A DNA stretch of 64,000 bases, taken from NCBI GenBank assembly GCA_963754575.1, contig CAVWGQ010000006.1:121853-185852 (forward strand), in the 5' to 3' direction. Under the pieces are notes generated by a model. It saw nothing but the letters and a program-made list of their open reading frames with translations, ran no database searches and was not told the origin of the DNA. The position numbers were made by a program, and so were the translations under genes. Shown here in pieces: positions 53,265-63,609 of the stretch (position 1 is the stretch's first letter; each line of letters begins with the position of its first letter). The stretch comes from an uncultured Actinomycetota bacterium. GTDB taxonomy: Bacteria; Actinomycetota; Actinomycetes; Propionibacteriales; Nocardioidaceae.

Positions 53265-54232
53265 CCGGGGGCGCCCGCGAGCAGGTCGCCCGGTTGCTGA
53301 CCCTGGTGCCGCTGCTGCACAGCCGCGGCCAGATGGGCGTCGAGGAGGCGGCCGACCTGCTCGGCGTACCTCCTGCCCAGGTGGTGCGCGACGTGAAGGT
53401 GCTGTTCATGTGCGGCCTGCCCGGCGGCTACCCCGACGACCTGATCGACGTCGACCTCGACTCGCTGGAGGACGACGGCCTGATCCGGATATCCAACGCC
53501 GACTACCTCGCCCGACCGATGCGGCTCACCGCCACCGAGGCCACGGCCGTGATGGTGGCGCTGCTCGCCCTGCGCAACAGCGCCAGCGAGGAGACCCGCG
53601 AGATCGTCGACCGGGCGCTGGGCAAGCTGCAGGCGGCCACCGCCGGCGTCGGTGCCGTGGCGATCGACCCGGGCGTGGAGCCGGAGCCCGGCGACCTGTC
53701 CCGGCTGCGGTCCGACCTCGAGCGCGCCGTCCGCGACGGTCGCCAGGTGCGGCTGACCTACTGGGTGCCCGCCCGCGACGAGGAGACCGAGCGCGTCGTG
53801 GACCCCCGCGGCGTGGTGTCCTCCCACGGCGCGGCCTACCTCGCGGCGTGGTGTCACAGCGCCGAGGACGACCGGTTGTTCCGGCTCGACCGGATCCACG
53901 CCGCGACCGTCCTCGACGAGCCGGTCACCCGCGTGGAGCCGCTGGACACCGACCTCAGCGGGGACCTCTTCGGCTTCGACGAGCAGGCCGAGCTGGTCAC
54001 GCTGCGGCTCACGCCCGCAGCGTCCTGGGTCGTGGAGTACTACCAGGTCCGCGAGACCCGCCCCCAGCCCGACGGCAGCATCGAGGCCGACCTGCTGGTG
54101 GCCGACCGCCGGTGGGTGGAGCGGCTGGTGCTGCGGCTGGCGCCGGACGCCTCCGTCGTCGCTCCCCCCGGGTGGGCCGAGGCCGTCACCGGACGCGCCC
54201 GGGCGGCGCTCGGCCTGTACCCACCCCCGTGA
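53261..54232 (+). CDS. pafC: HTH-WYL transcriptional regulator PafC
   Basis: RLL.LVP, LFMCGLPG.YPDDLID and YL.AWC...R.FRLDRI motifs. Confidence 0.92.
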   Translation: MTGGAREQVARLLTLVPLLHSRGQMGVEEAADLLGVPPAQVVRDVKVLFMCGLPGGYPDDLIDVDLDSLEDDGLIRISNADYLARPMRLTATEATAVMVALLALRNSASEETREIVDRALGKLQAATAGVGAVAIDPGVEPEPGDLSRLRSDLERAVRDGRQVRLTYWVPARDEETERVVDPRGVVSSHGAAYLAAWCHSAEDDRLFRLDRIHAATVLDEPVTRVEPLDTDLSGDLFGFDEQAELVTLRLTPAASWVVEYYQVRETRPQPDGSIEADLLVADRRWVERLVLRLAPDASVVAPPGWAEAVTGRARAALGLYPPP

Positions 54233-54290
54233 GTAGGCTGGTCGGCGTAGGATCGATCTCGCACATCCCCGCTACCGAGTGAGGACCCCG

Positions 54291-54563
54291 ATGTACCCCA
54301 TGATCGGAATGCCCCAGGGCGCCGAGTGGCTGGTGATCCTGGCGATCGTCGTGCTCGTCTTCGGCGCCGCGAAGCTGCCCGACCTGGCGCGCGGGACCGG
54401 ACAGGCGCTGCGCATCTTCAAGGCCGAGACCAAGGGCCTCAAGGATGACGACGACGACCAGGAGGCCCCGGTCGAGCCGGCGCCCCCGGCCGAGCTCCCC
54501 TCCTCGACCGCCGAGGAGACCGTCGTCTCGCCGGAGCGCTCCACCGACGACCACCGCGCCTGA
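54291..54563 (+). CDS. tatA: Twin-arginine translocase subunit TatA
   Basis: VLVFGAAKLPDLARG.GQALRIFKAE. Confidence 0.95.
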   Translation: MYPMIGMPQGAEWLVILAIVVLVFGAAKLPDLARGTGQALRIFKAETKGLKDDDDDQEAPVEPAPPAELPSSTAEETVVSPERSTDDHRA

Positions 54564-54584
54564 CCCGCCGCTGCCTGCCCTGCG

Positions 54585-55418
54585 GTGATCTCGCGACTCC
54601 TCTCCCTGTTCCGGGGAAATCCCCAGCACCCGGTGGGCTCCGACGGCCGGATGGCCCTGTCGGACCACCTGCGTGAGCTGCGCGCCCGCTTGATGCGGGT
54701 CGTGCTCGTGATGCTGGCGGCGCTGATCGGGTCGCTGTTCTTCTTCGACCAGCTCTTCGACCTCGTCTACGGCCCCTACATCGACGCGCAGCAGACCCTG
54801 CCAGACGGTGCGAGCATCGCCACGACCAGCGGCGCGGGCGGCGGCCTGCTGCTCTACCTGAAGCTGTGCGGGTTCGCCGCGGTGATCGGCACCAGCCCCT
54901 ACTGGCTCTACCAGATCTGGGCCTTCATCCTGCCCGGGCTCCACGCGCAGGAGCGACGCTGGTCGATGGTCTTCGTGGCCATCGCCGGCCCGCTCTTCGT
55001 GGTCGGGGTGGTGCTCGGCTACGTCACGCTGCCCAAGGGCCTCGAGCTCCTGATCGGGCTCAACCCGGAGGGCATCACCAACCTCGTGGAGTTCAGCGAG
55101 TACCTCCAGTTCTTCTCCCGCACCATCCTGGTCTTCGGCCTCGCCTTCGAGATCCCGGTCTTCGTGGTGCTGCTCAACCTCGCCGGCGTCGTCACGGGCA
55201 AGAGCCTGGGCGCCCACCGGCCGTGGATCGTCATCGGGATCTTCATCTTCGCCGCCGTCGCCACCCCCTCCGCCGACCCGTTCACGATGACCTTCATGGC
55301 CGTGCCGATGGTGGTGCTGTTCTTCGTCTCCGAGGTCATCGCCCGCTTCAACGACCGGCGACGCGCCAAGCGCGGACCCAATGCCGGGCTGTCCCCGGAC
55401 GAGGCCTCGGTCCTGTGA
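54585..55418 (+). CDS. tatC: Twin-arginine translocase subunit TatC
   Basis: MAL.DHL.ELRARL, YQIWAFI.PGL and FEIP motifs. Confidence 0.95.
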   Translation: MISRLLSLFRGNPQHPVGSDGRMALSDHLRELRARLMRVVLVMLAALIGSLFFFDQLFDLVYGPYIDAQQTLPDGASIATTSGAGGGLLLYLKLCGFAAVIGTSPYWLYQIWAFILPGLHAQERRWSMVFVAIAGPLFVVGVVLGYVTLPKGLELLIGLNPEGITNLVEFSEYLQFFSRTILVFGLAFEIPVFVVLLNLAGVVTGKSLGAHRPWIVIGIFIFAAVATPSADPFTMTFMAVPMVVLFFVSEVIARFNDRRRAKRGPNAGLSPDEASVL

Positions 55419-55822
55419 CGCCGCCGGTCGCACCCACCGACGTCGACCCCTTCGACCTGCCGGAGTGGCTGGTCGGCTCCGACGTCGTCTGGCGCGCCGA
55501 CGGCGGCCTGCGCACCAGCCACGACGTGCCCGGCCACCTCGCCAACAGCCAGCAGCAGCGGCTCGAGTGCGCCTTGCTCGCCGTCGACGAGGCCTATCCC
55601 GCACCGGTCCTCGCCGACGACGTCCGCACCCGGGCGCACCAGGCCTGGCACCACGGCCAGGTGCTGCTCGTGGAGGTCCACGGCCGGCTCACGCTCGCGG
55701 TGCCGGGGCGCCGTTTCGACGCCGACCTCGTCATGGAGGCGCTCGCCCGGTTCGCCCGCGCCGTCGGCGCCTCGCCCGAGGACTGGGTCGTCCTGCTCCG
55801 GATCGGCTCGGCGCGCCGCTAG
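55415..55822 (+). CDS. Hypothetical protein
   Basis: GTG overlaps the tatC stop; DPFDLPEWL..; codon usage consistent with coding DNA. Confidence 0.7.
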   Translation: MTPPVAPTDVDPFDLPEWLVGSDVVWRADGGLRTSHDVPGHLANSQQQRLECALLAVDEAYPAPVLADDVRTRAHQAWHHGQVLLVEVHGRLTLAVPGRRFDADLVMEALARFARAVGASPEDWVVLLRIGSARR

Positions 55823-55831
55823 GCTCGCGGC

Positions 55832-56704
55832 GTGCCCCGCGAGATCGCCCTGCTGACGAACCCCACGGCAGGCAAGGGCCGTGGAGCGGCAGCCCGGGCC
55901 GCGGCGCTGCCCCGGCTGCGCGACGCCGGTTTCGTGGTCCGCGACCTGCACGGGATCGACGGCGACGAGGCGCTCGACCTGGCCCGCAACGCGATCGCCG
56001 ACGGGGTCTGGGCGCTGGTGGTGTGCGGGGGTGACGGCATGGTGCACCTCGCCGTCCAGGCGGTGGCCGGAACGACCACCCACCTCGGCATCATCCCGGC
56101 CGGCACCGGCAACGACGTCGCGCGCTACGTCGACATCCCGCGCAAGGACCCGGTCGCGGCGGCCGACCGCGTCATCGCCTCGTCGCCACGCCGGCTCGAC
56201 CTCGCGCGGTCGGGCTCGAAGTGGTTCGTGACCGTCCTCGCCGCGGGCTTCGACGCCGTCGTCAACGAACGCGCCAACGCCATGACCTGGCCCCGCGGCC
56301 AGATGCGCTACAACCTCGCCACCCTCGCTGAGCTGCGCACCTTCGAACCGCTCCCGTACGTCCTGGAGCTGGACGGGGTGACCCGCCGCCTGGACGCGAT
56401 GCTGGTGGCCGTCGGCAACGGCCCGTCCTTCGGGGGCGGGCTGCGGATCACCGAGGGCGCCCTGCTCGACGACGGGATGCTCGATGTCGTGATCATCAAG
56501 CCGATGAGCAAGGCTGGGCTCGTGCGCACCTACCCGAAGCTCTTCAAGGGGACCCACGTGAGCCATCCCCAGTACGAGCACCACCGGGTCCGCACCGTCA
56601 CGGTCGCGGCCCCCGGCATCGTGTCGTACGCCGACGGCGAGCGGTTCGGTGCGCTGCCGCTGACCATCGAGTGCGACCCCGGAGCGCTGAGCATCCTTGG
56701 CTGA
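55832..56704 (+). CDS. Diacylglycerol kinase family (YegS/Rv2252-like) lipid kinase
   Basis: NPTAGKG, GGDG, IPAGTGND and FGGG motifs. Confidence 0.92.
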   Translation: MPREIALLTNPTAGKGRGAAARAAALPRLRDAGFVVRDLHGIDGDEALDLARNAIADGVWALVVCGGDGMVHLAVQAVAGTTTHLGIIPAGTGNDVARYVDIPRKDPVAAADRVIASSPRRLDLARSGSKWFVTVLAAGFDAVVNERANAMTWPRGQMRYNLATLAELRTFEPLPYVLELDGVTRRLDAMLVAVGNGPSFGGGLRITEGALLDDGMLDVVIIKPMSKAGLVRTYPKLFKGTHVSHPQYEHHRVRTVTVAAPGIVSYADGERFGALPLTIECDPGALSILG

Positions 56705-59510
56705 GCAGGAGAGCACCGACCGGCCGAGCCCCGCGGCGGCGTACGCCGCCGACCGCGAGCGTCGCCGGTACCCCGTGCTGACCGACTTCAGCGCCCACTA
56801 CCCCTTCGGTCTCGACGACTTCCAGGTCCGCGCCTGCCGTGAGATCGAGGACGGCCGGGGCGTCCTGGTCGCCGCGCCGACCGGCTCCGGCAAGACCGTC
56901 GTGGGGGAGTTCGCGATCCACCTCGCCCTCGCCGGTGGGCGCAAGGCCTTCTACACGACCCCGATCAAGGCGCTCTCGAACCAGAAGTTCCACGACCTCG
57001 TCGAGCGCTACGGCGAGGACATGGTCGGCCTGCTCACCGGCGACCACACCGTGAACGGCGAGGCGCCGATCGTGGTGATGACGACCGAGGTGCTCCGCAA
57101 CATGCTGTACGCCGGGTCCCGCACCCTGCTCGGCCTCGGCTTCGTCGTGATGGACGAGGTGCACTACCTCGCCGACCGTGACCGCGGCGCGGTGTGGGAG
57201 GAGGTCATCATCCACCTGCCCGAGTCGGTGTCGGTGGTCTCGCTCTCGGCGACGGTCTCGAACGCCGAGGAGTTCGGTGAGTGGCTCGAGACCGTCCGCG
57301 GTGGGGGAGTGACCACCATCGTCGAGGAGCGGCGGCCGGTGCCGCTCTACCAGCACGTGATGGTCGGCAAGCGACTGCTCGACCTCTTCGCCGAGTCCGA
57401 CGTCGACGCGGCCGCCGGGTTCGTCAAGGAGGGCACCCCGGTCAACCACGAGCTCGAGCGCGTCGCCCGCGACGACTTCGCCGCCCACCGGATGCGCGAC
57501 CGGCGCTCACCGCGCAACCGCTCGCAGGCCCGCGGCGGGCGACAGTCGGGCCCGAAGCAGGTCGGCAACGGTCGGCGGGTGTGGATCCCGAGCCGGGTCG
57601 ACGTCATCGACCGGCTCGACCGGGAGTCGTTGCTGCCCGCCATCGTCTTCGTCTTCAGCCGGGTCGGCTGCGACGCGGCCGTCACCCAGTGCCTCTCGGC
57701 CAACGTCCGGCTGACCTCGCCGGAGGAGCGCGACACGATCTACGAGCACGTCGAGACCGCGTGCCGCCACCTGCCCGACGAGGACCGCCACGTCCTGGGC
57801 TACCACGACTTCCTCGACGCACTGTCCCGCGGTGTCGCTGCCCACCACGCCGGGATGCTGCCGGCGTTCAAGCAGGTCGTGGAGCAGCTCTACGTCCGCG
57901 GCCTGTGCAAGGTCGTCTTCGCCACCGAGACCCTCGCGCTCGGCATCAACATGCCGGCCCGGACGGTCGTGATCGAGAAGCTGTCGAAGTGGAACGGCGA
58001 GACCCATGCCGACCTCTCGCCGGGGGAGTACACCCAGCTGACCGGCCGGGCCGGGCGCCGCGGGCTCGACGTCGAGGGCCACGGGGTCGTGCTGTGGCAA
58101 CCCGGGCTCAACCCGCGCGAGCTGGCCGGGCTCGCCTCCACCCGCACCTACCCGCTCCGGTCGAGCTTCCGGCCGTCGTACAACATGGCGGTCAACCTGG
58201 TCCACCAGTTCGGCCGCGAGCGCTCCCGCGAGCTGCTCGAGCAGTCCTTCGCCCAGTTCCAGGCCGACAAGGCCGTGGTCGGGCTCGCCCGCCAGCTGCG
58301 CAAGAGCGACGAGGCGCTGGACGGGTACGCCGAGGCCGCCACCTGCCACCTCGGCGACTTCATGGAGTACGCCCGGATGCGTCGCGAGGTCACCGACCTC
58401 GAGAAGAGCGCGTCCCGGCAGCGCAAGGCCGACCAACGCTCGGAGGCCGTCGACTCGCTGCGCCGGCTCAAGCACGGGGACGTGATCCACGTGCCGTCCG
58501 GGAAGTACTCCGGCTACGCCGTCGTGATCGATCCCGGCACGTCCGGCCACGACGGCGAGCCGCGCCCCTACGTCGTGACCGTCGCAGGGCAGGCGCGCCG
58601 GCTCGCGCCCCCGGACTTCCCGACACCCGTCGAGGCGCTGACCCGGATCAAGGTCTCGGCCAAGTTCAACGGCCGCAACGCCACCATGCGGCGCGACCTC
58701 ACCTCCCTGCTGAAGACACGGACCCGGGACCTCCCGACGCCGGCACGGTCGCGCCGGTCGGGTGCCGGGGGCCGGGCCGAGGAGAAGGTCGACGCCGTAC
58801 GCCGGCGGCTCAAGGAGCACCCCTGCCACCAGTGCCCGGACCGGGAGGAGCACGCCCGCTGGGCCGAGCGCTGGCACAAGCTCCAGCGCGACTCCAGCAC
58901 GCTGCGCGCCCGGATCGAGCGGCGGACCAACACGGTCGCGCGGCAGTTCGACCGGGTGTGCGAGGTGCTCACCGCCCTGGACTACCTCGAGGGCGACAGC
59001 GTCACCGAGCGCGGCAGCCACCTGCGCCGGCTCTACTCCGACAGCGACCTGGTCGCGGCCGAGTCGCTGCGACGCGGGCTCTGGGACGGGTTGGACCCGG
59101 CCCAGCTGGCCTCGGTGCTCTCGATCCTGGTGTTCGAGGCACGCCGTCCCGACGACGCCTCCTCGCCGCGGCTGCCCGGCAGCCCGGCGCGCGAGGTGAT
59201 CGGCGAGATGGTGAAGGTCTGGGGCGAGCTCGACGGGCTCGAGCGGAGCCACGGCCTCGACTTCCTGCGCCAGCCCGACCTCGGGTTCGCCTGGGCCGCG
59301 TGGCGCTGGGCGGAGGGCGACGAGCTCGACGACGTGCTCACCGTGACCGACCTCGCCGCCGGCGACTTCGTGCGGTGGATCAAGCAGCTGCTGGACCTCA
59401 CGGGGCAGGTGGCCGACGCCGCCGGGCCCGGACCGCTGCGCGACACGGCGCGCGACGCCGTACGCCGTCTCAAGCGGGGCGTGGTCGCCTACTCGTCACT
59501 GCCCGAGTAG
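56697..59510 (+). CDS. helY: Ski2-like DEAD/DEAH box RNA helicase
   Basis: APTGSGKT, TPIKALSNQK, DEVH, ATETLALGINMPA and GRAGRRG motifs. Confidence 0.93.
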   Translation: MAEQESTDRPSPAAAYAADRERRRYPVLTDFSAHYPFGLDDFQVRACREIEDGRGVLVAAPTGSGKTVVGEFAIHLALAGGRKAFYTTPIKALSNQKFHDLVERYGEDMVGLLTGDHTVNGEAPIVVMTTEVLRNMLYAGSRTLLGLGFVVMDEVHYLADRDRGAVWEEVIIHLPESVSVVSLSATVSNAEEFGEWLETVRGGGVTTIVEERRPVPLYQHVMVGKRLLDLFAESDVDAAAGFVKEGTPVNHELERVARDDFAAHRMRDRRSPRNRSQARGGRQSGPKQVGNGRRVWIPSRVDVIDRLDRESLLPAIVFVFSRVGCDAAVTQCLSANVRLTSPEERDTIYEHVETACRHLPDEDRHVLGYHDFLDALSRGVAAHHAGMLPAFKQVVEQLYVRGLCKVVFATETLALGINMPARTVVIEKLSKWNGETHADLSPGEYTQLTGRAGRRGLDVEGHGVVLWQPGLNPRELAGLASTRTYPLRSSFRPSYNMAVNLVHQFGRERSRELLEQSFAQFQADKAVVGLARQLRKSDEALDGYAEAATCHLGDFMEYARMRREVTDLEKSASRQRKADQRSEAVDSLRRLKHGDVIHVPSGKYSGYAVVIDPGTSGHDGEPRPYVVTVAGQARRLAPPDFPTPVEALTRIKVSAKFNGRNATMRRDLTSLLKTRTRDLPTPARSRRSGAGGRAEEKVDAVRRRLKEHPCHQCPDREEHARWAERWHKLQRDSSTLRARIERRTNTVARQFDRVCEVLTALDYLEGDSVTERGSHLRRLYSDSDLVAAESLRRGLWDGLDPAQLASVLSILVFEARRPDDASSPRLPGSPAREVIGEMVKVWGELDGLERSHGLDFLRQPDLGFAWAAWRWAEGDELDDVLTVTDLAAGDFVRWIKQLLDLTGQVADAAGPGPLRDTARDAVRRLKRGVVAYSSLPE

Positions 59511-59579
59511 CGGGCCGGTGTTCCAGGCGACGATCGACCGCACACCGCGACGGTGGACCGCCCGCGGTAGCGTCCGCTC

Positions 59580-60707
59580 ATGCAGACCGACCTGCTCGTC
59601 GTCGGCGCGGGCCCCTACGCGTACGCCGCGGCGGCGTACGCCCGGCACCGAGGAGTCGCTACCCACGTCGTAGGCCACCCGATGTCGTTCTGGCGCGAGC
59701 AGATGCCGGACGACATGTTCCTGCGCTCGGGACCGGACTGGCACCTCGACGCGACGGGCGAGCACACCTTCGCGGCGTTCTTCGAGGACCGGGGGCTCGA
59801 CCCGGCCGACCACGACCCGATCCCGATCGGCGTCTTCCTCGACCACACCGACTGGTTCGGCGAGCAGAAGGGTCTGGACGTCGACGAGCGGCTCGTCGAG
59901 TCCCTGACCCTGCCGAACGGCCGGTTCGAGGCGGTGATGGAGGACGGCTCGACGATCGGGGCCGAGCGGGTGCTCGCCGTGCCCGGCATCCGACACTTCG
60001 CCCACGAGCCCGACTGGGCCACTGCCCTGCCAGCCGAGCGGCGCTCCCACACGAGCGATCTGGTGTCGTTCGACGAGCTGGCGGGGGCACGGGTGGCGAT
60101 CATCGGCGGCCGTCAGAGCGCGTACGAGTGGGCGGCGCTGCTCTGCGACCACGGAGCGGCGCAGGTGGACGTGGTGCACCGGCACGAGACACCGCGGTTC
60201 GAGCGGGTCAGCTGGGCGTTCGTGGACGAGTACGTGGACCAGACCCTCGCCACACGGGGCTGGTGGCGCGGGCTGTCGGCCGCCGACCAGCAGCACGTCG
60301 CACGCCAGTTCTGGGAGGTTGGCCGGCTGACCCTGGAGCCCTGGCTGGTGCCACGGCTTGACCCGGCGGTGGTGACCAGCCGACCGGGCTGCGCGGTGGT
60401 CGAGGCCGTCGCAACCGAGGAGGCGGTGACGCTCACGCTGTCGGACGGGACGATGCTCGAGGTCGACCACGTCGTGCTGGCGTCGGGGTACGTCGCCGAT
60501 CTGGCCCGGGTGCCCTACCTCGCCGGGCTGCTCGACCGGGTGTCCGTCACCGACGGGTTCCCGGACCTGTCACCGGGCTTCGAGACCACGCTGCCCGGGC
60601 TCTCGCTCGTCGGGTTCGCGTCGACCCGCGACTTCGGCCCGTTCTACGGCTTCACGAAGGGCTGCGCGTCGTCGGCGCAGATCGCTGTGGACGAGATGCT
60701 GCGCTAG
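59580..60707 (+). CDS. FAD/NAD(P)-dependent oxidoreductase
   Basis: VVGAGP FAD motif, IIGGRQSA second Rossmann motif, ASGY. Confidence 0.85.
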   Translation: MQTDLLVVGAGPYAYAAAAYARHRGVATHVVGHPMSFWREQMPDDMFLRSGPDWHLDATGEHTFAAFFEDRGLDPADHDPIPIGVFLDHTDWFGEQKGLDVDERLVESLTLPNGRFEAVMEDGSTIGAERVLAVPGIRHFAHEPDWATALPAERRSHTSDLVSFDELAGARVAIIGGRQSAYEWAALLCDHGAAQVDVVHRHETPRFERVSWAFVDEYVDQTLATRGWWRGLSAADQQHVARQFWEVGRLTLEPWLVPRLDPAVVTSRPGCAVVEAVATEEAVTLTLSDGTMLEVDHVVLASGYVADLARVPYLAGLLDRVSVTDGFPDLSPGFETTLPGLSLVGFASTRDFGPFYGFTKGCASSAQIAVDEMLR

Positions 60708-61926
60708 CTGTGATGCCCAGCCAGGTTGGTCGAGATCCTGCGCGATGGGGGCTGCCTGTCCCGATGGCGAGTGGGGCCGGTGGTGGTTGTACTCGTGGAC
60801 CCATGCTGGCAGAGCGGCGAGCCGGGCTGATTCGGAGTTGTAGACCTTCATGTCACACGCCCAGCCCTCGGCCAGACGTTCGGTCGGAAGCGTTCGATCG
60901 TGCCGCTGGTCTGCGACCGCAGGGCCGGGTTGTCGTTCACGGCTGACCCCCAGCTCGAGTGCGAGCGCTGTGACGTCTCCAGGCGCGACTTGTAGCAACT
61001 GCAGTTGTCGCTGAGCGTTACTCGCGTCAGACGCTCACGCACGAATCGGCGAACCGCGACCGCGTTGCGCAGGACCTCGGCCGACGGATTCCTTGGCATC
61101 CGTCGCCGTGGGCTTCGACGTAGGCGACTCGGGAGTGGTCGGCTCGATCACGGTGCGGAGGTAGCAGATCCCGATCGACGATTGCCGTCACTCGACCGTC
61201 GACGCGTGTCTGGTGCCGCGGCCCGACTGCGGTTGCCCGGCTTGCGCCCGACGTAGCGCCAGCCGCCGCCATCGGCGACCTTACCGAGCTTCCTGACGTC
61301 GACGAGGACGAGGTCGACCAGGTCGACCTCGTGCACGTCGACGGCAGAAGCTCGGTAGGTCGCCGGTGGCGGCGGCTGGCGCTATGTGGGCGAAGCAGGT
61401 TGAGACGGCAGCCGGGCCGCGACCGCGTAGACAAGCTCGAACAAGGGCGGCAATCGTCAGAGTCGGGATCGCCGATCTCGCACCGGGCCGAGCCGACTGC
61501 TTCCGACCGCAGACGCACGATGCTCACGGACGACGGATGCCAAGGAGTCCGGTCGGCCGATGGTGCGGTGCCGAGGAGCGGTCCACCGATTCCGTGGCGG
61601 ACCTTCTGCGCGGTAACGCTCGGCGACCACGTCGTTGCTCAAGTGCGCCAGTGAGACGTGACAGCGCTCAGCAGCTCGGGCGGGTGACCAGCCGTGCACG
61701 ACGACCAGGCGCGCGAGTCGGAGTCGCGGCACGTGAACGCTTCAGAGCCGAACGTTGGCGATGGGCTGAGCGTGTGACATGAAGTCCTACAACTCCGGGT
61801 GGCCGGCGCGGTTCTGCCAGCACGGGTCCACGAGTACCACCACCGCGGAGGCCTTCAGTCCATCGGGACAGATCAGATCGTGCCGTCGCCAGGATCTCGA
61901 CCAACGTGCCTGGTCATCACAGCTAG
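60704..61926 (-). mobile_element. Degenerate IS481-family element bounded by two inverted right-end copies
   Basis: Minus-strand fragments PRLRLARLVV, DVRKLGKVADGGGWRYVG, DHSRVAY, SDNCSCYK, PQTSGTIERF and HEYNHHRPHS across several frames; terminal IRs match in 34/37 positions. Confidence 0.88.
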
Positions 61927-61930
61927 CCGC

Positions 61931-62596
61931 TCAGTGGTGGCCGAGCGCGCGGCTGATCGCCTCGTCGACCGACGCGTCCCCCCCGACCAGCGTCCACTGG
62001 CGACCAGCGGTGCGACCGTCGTCGAGCACGGCGGCCAGGACGGCGGCCACGTCGGCGCGGGTGATGTCTCCCCGGTCCGCTTCCTCGGCCAGCAGCACCC
62101 TGTCGGTCGCCGGGTCGTCGGTGAGCCGGCCGGGCCGGATGATCGTCCACGCGAGGTCGCTGGCCCGCAGCGCGGCGTCGGCGTCACGCTTGGCCTCGAC
62201 ATAGGCGCGCCACACGGGCTCGGTGTCGTCGGGCAGCGGCTCGTCGACGCTGATGGCGGAGACCTGCACGAACCGGCCGATGCCGGCGGCCCCGGCGCCC
62301 GCGATCGACTTCAGGGAGCCCTCGAGGTCCACGCTGCGCTTGCGCTCGATGTTGCCGTCGGCGCCGCCGCCGGCGGCGAACACGACCGCGCCGCACCCCT
62401 CGAAGGCGGCGGCGAACTTCTCCTCACCGTCTCCCTCGATGTCGAGCAGCCGGCTCTCCACCCCGTGCTCAGCGAGGCGGTCCGCCTGCTCCTGGCGGCG
62501 CACGAGCGCGACCGGCTGGTGGCCTGCCTCCAGCAGCAGCGGGTGGAGCAGCCGGGCGATCTTGCCGTGGCCTCCGACGACAGCGATACGAGTCAT
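61931..62596 (-). CDS. NAD(P)H-binding SDR-like oxidoreductase
   Basis: IAVVGGHGKIA, FAAGGG, Y.EAK and IRPGRLTD motifs. Confidence 0.9.
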   Translation of the reverse strand: MTRIAVVGGHGKIARLLHPLLLEAGHQPVALVRRQEQADRLAEHGVESRLLDIEGDGEEKFAAAFEGCGAVVFAAGGGADGNIERKRSVDLEGSLKSIAGAGAAGIGRFVQVSAISVDEPLPDDTEPVWRAYVEAKRDADAALRASDLAWTIIRPGRLTDDPATDRVLLAEEADRGDITRADVAAVLAAVLDDGRTAGRQWTLVGGDASVDEAISRALGHH

Positions 62597-62638
62597 GGCG
62601 TCCACGCTACGCCGCAGGGGCAACGGCTTCCCGGGCGC

Positions 62639-63577
62639 TCAGCGCGAGCGCAGCGTGTCGAGCAGCCGCTGCACCGGGCCGCCGAGGTTGAACTCCCCGG
62701 CCAGCGCGGCCAGCATCTCCGCGTCGCGCGGCTCGCGCGGCAGGGTGGCGTCGACGGGTTCGAGTGCGAGGTCCCGTGCGACGGCGACCACCTGGGGGGC
62801 CACCGCGAGGTAGTCGATCGCCTCGCGCAGCTTCGCGCGGGGGTTGGGGCCGAGGTCGGCGTCCGGATCGTCCACGGCGGCCAGGATCCCGCTCATGTCA
62901 CCGAACCGGCCCAGCAGCGTGGCGGCCGTCTTGTCCCCGACGCCCTTGACGCCGGGCAGCCCGTCCGAGGCGTCCCCGCGCAGCGTCGCCAGGTCTGCGT
63001 ACTGGTGGGCGTCGACGCCGTACTTCTCACGGATGACGTCGTTGGTCACCCGCTCGTGCCTGCTCACGCCGCGGGCGATGTAGAGCACGCGCACCTGCGC
63101 CTCGTCGTCGACGAGCTGGAACAGGTCGCGGTCGCCGGTCACCACGTCGACCGGCATCCCGGCGCCGGTCGCGAGGGTGCCGATGACGTCGTCGGCCTCG
63201 TAGTGGTCGGCGCCCACGATCGGGATGCCGACGGCATCCAGCGCGGCCCGGATGAGGGGGATCTGCTGCTCGAGCGGGTCCGGCACCTCCTCGAGGTCCG
63301 GCTGGTCGGCGCGCGGGGCGACGACCCGGTGGGACTTGTAGGACGGGATCAGGTCGACGCGCCACTGCGGGCGCCAGTCGTTGTCCCAGCAGCAGACGAG
63401 GTGGGTCGGCTGGTACTCGCCGACCAGCCTGCTGATGAAGTCCAGCAGCCCGCGCACCGCGTTGACCGGGGTGCCGTTGTCGGCCTTGATCTCCGGGACG
63501 CCGAAGAAGGCCCGGAAGTACATCGAGGCGGTGTCGAGGAGCATCAGGCGCTGCGGGTCGTCGCTCACGAGCCGCAT
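62639..63577 (-). CDS. 5'-3' exonuclease (flap endonuclease-like)
   Basis: LLDTASMYFRAFF, YEADDVIG, VTGDRDL and GDASDGLPGVKGVG.KTA motifs. Confidence 0.93.
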   Translation of the reverse strand: MRLVSDDPQRLMLLDTASMYFRAFFGVPEIKADNGTPVNAVRGLLDFISRLVGEYQPTHLVCCWDNDWRPQWRVDLIPSYKSHRVVAPRADQPDLEEVPDPLEQQIPLIRAALDAVGIPIVGADHYEADDVIGTLATGAGMPVDVVTGDRDLFQLVDDEAQVRVLYIARGVSRHERVTNDVIREKYGVDAHQYADLATLRGDASDGLPGVKGVGDKTAATLLGRFGDMSGILAAVDDPDADLGPNPRAKLREAIDYLAVAPQVVAVARDLALEPVDATLPREPRDAEMLAALAGEFNLGGPVQRLLDTLRSR

Positions 63578-63609
63578 CCTGCCACGGCACACCCACTACG
63601 CTGTCGCGC

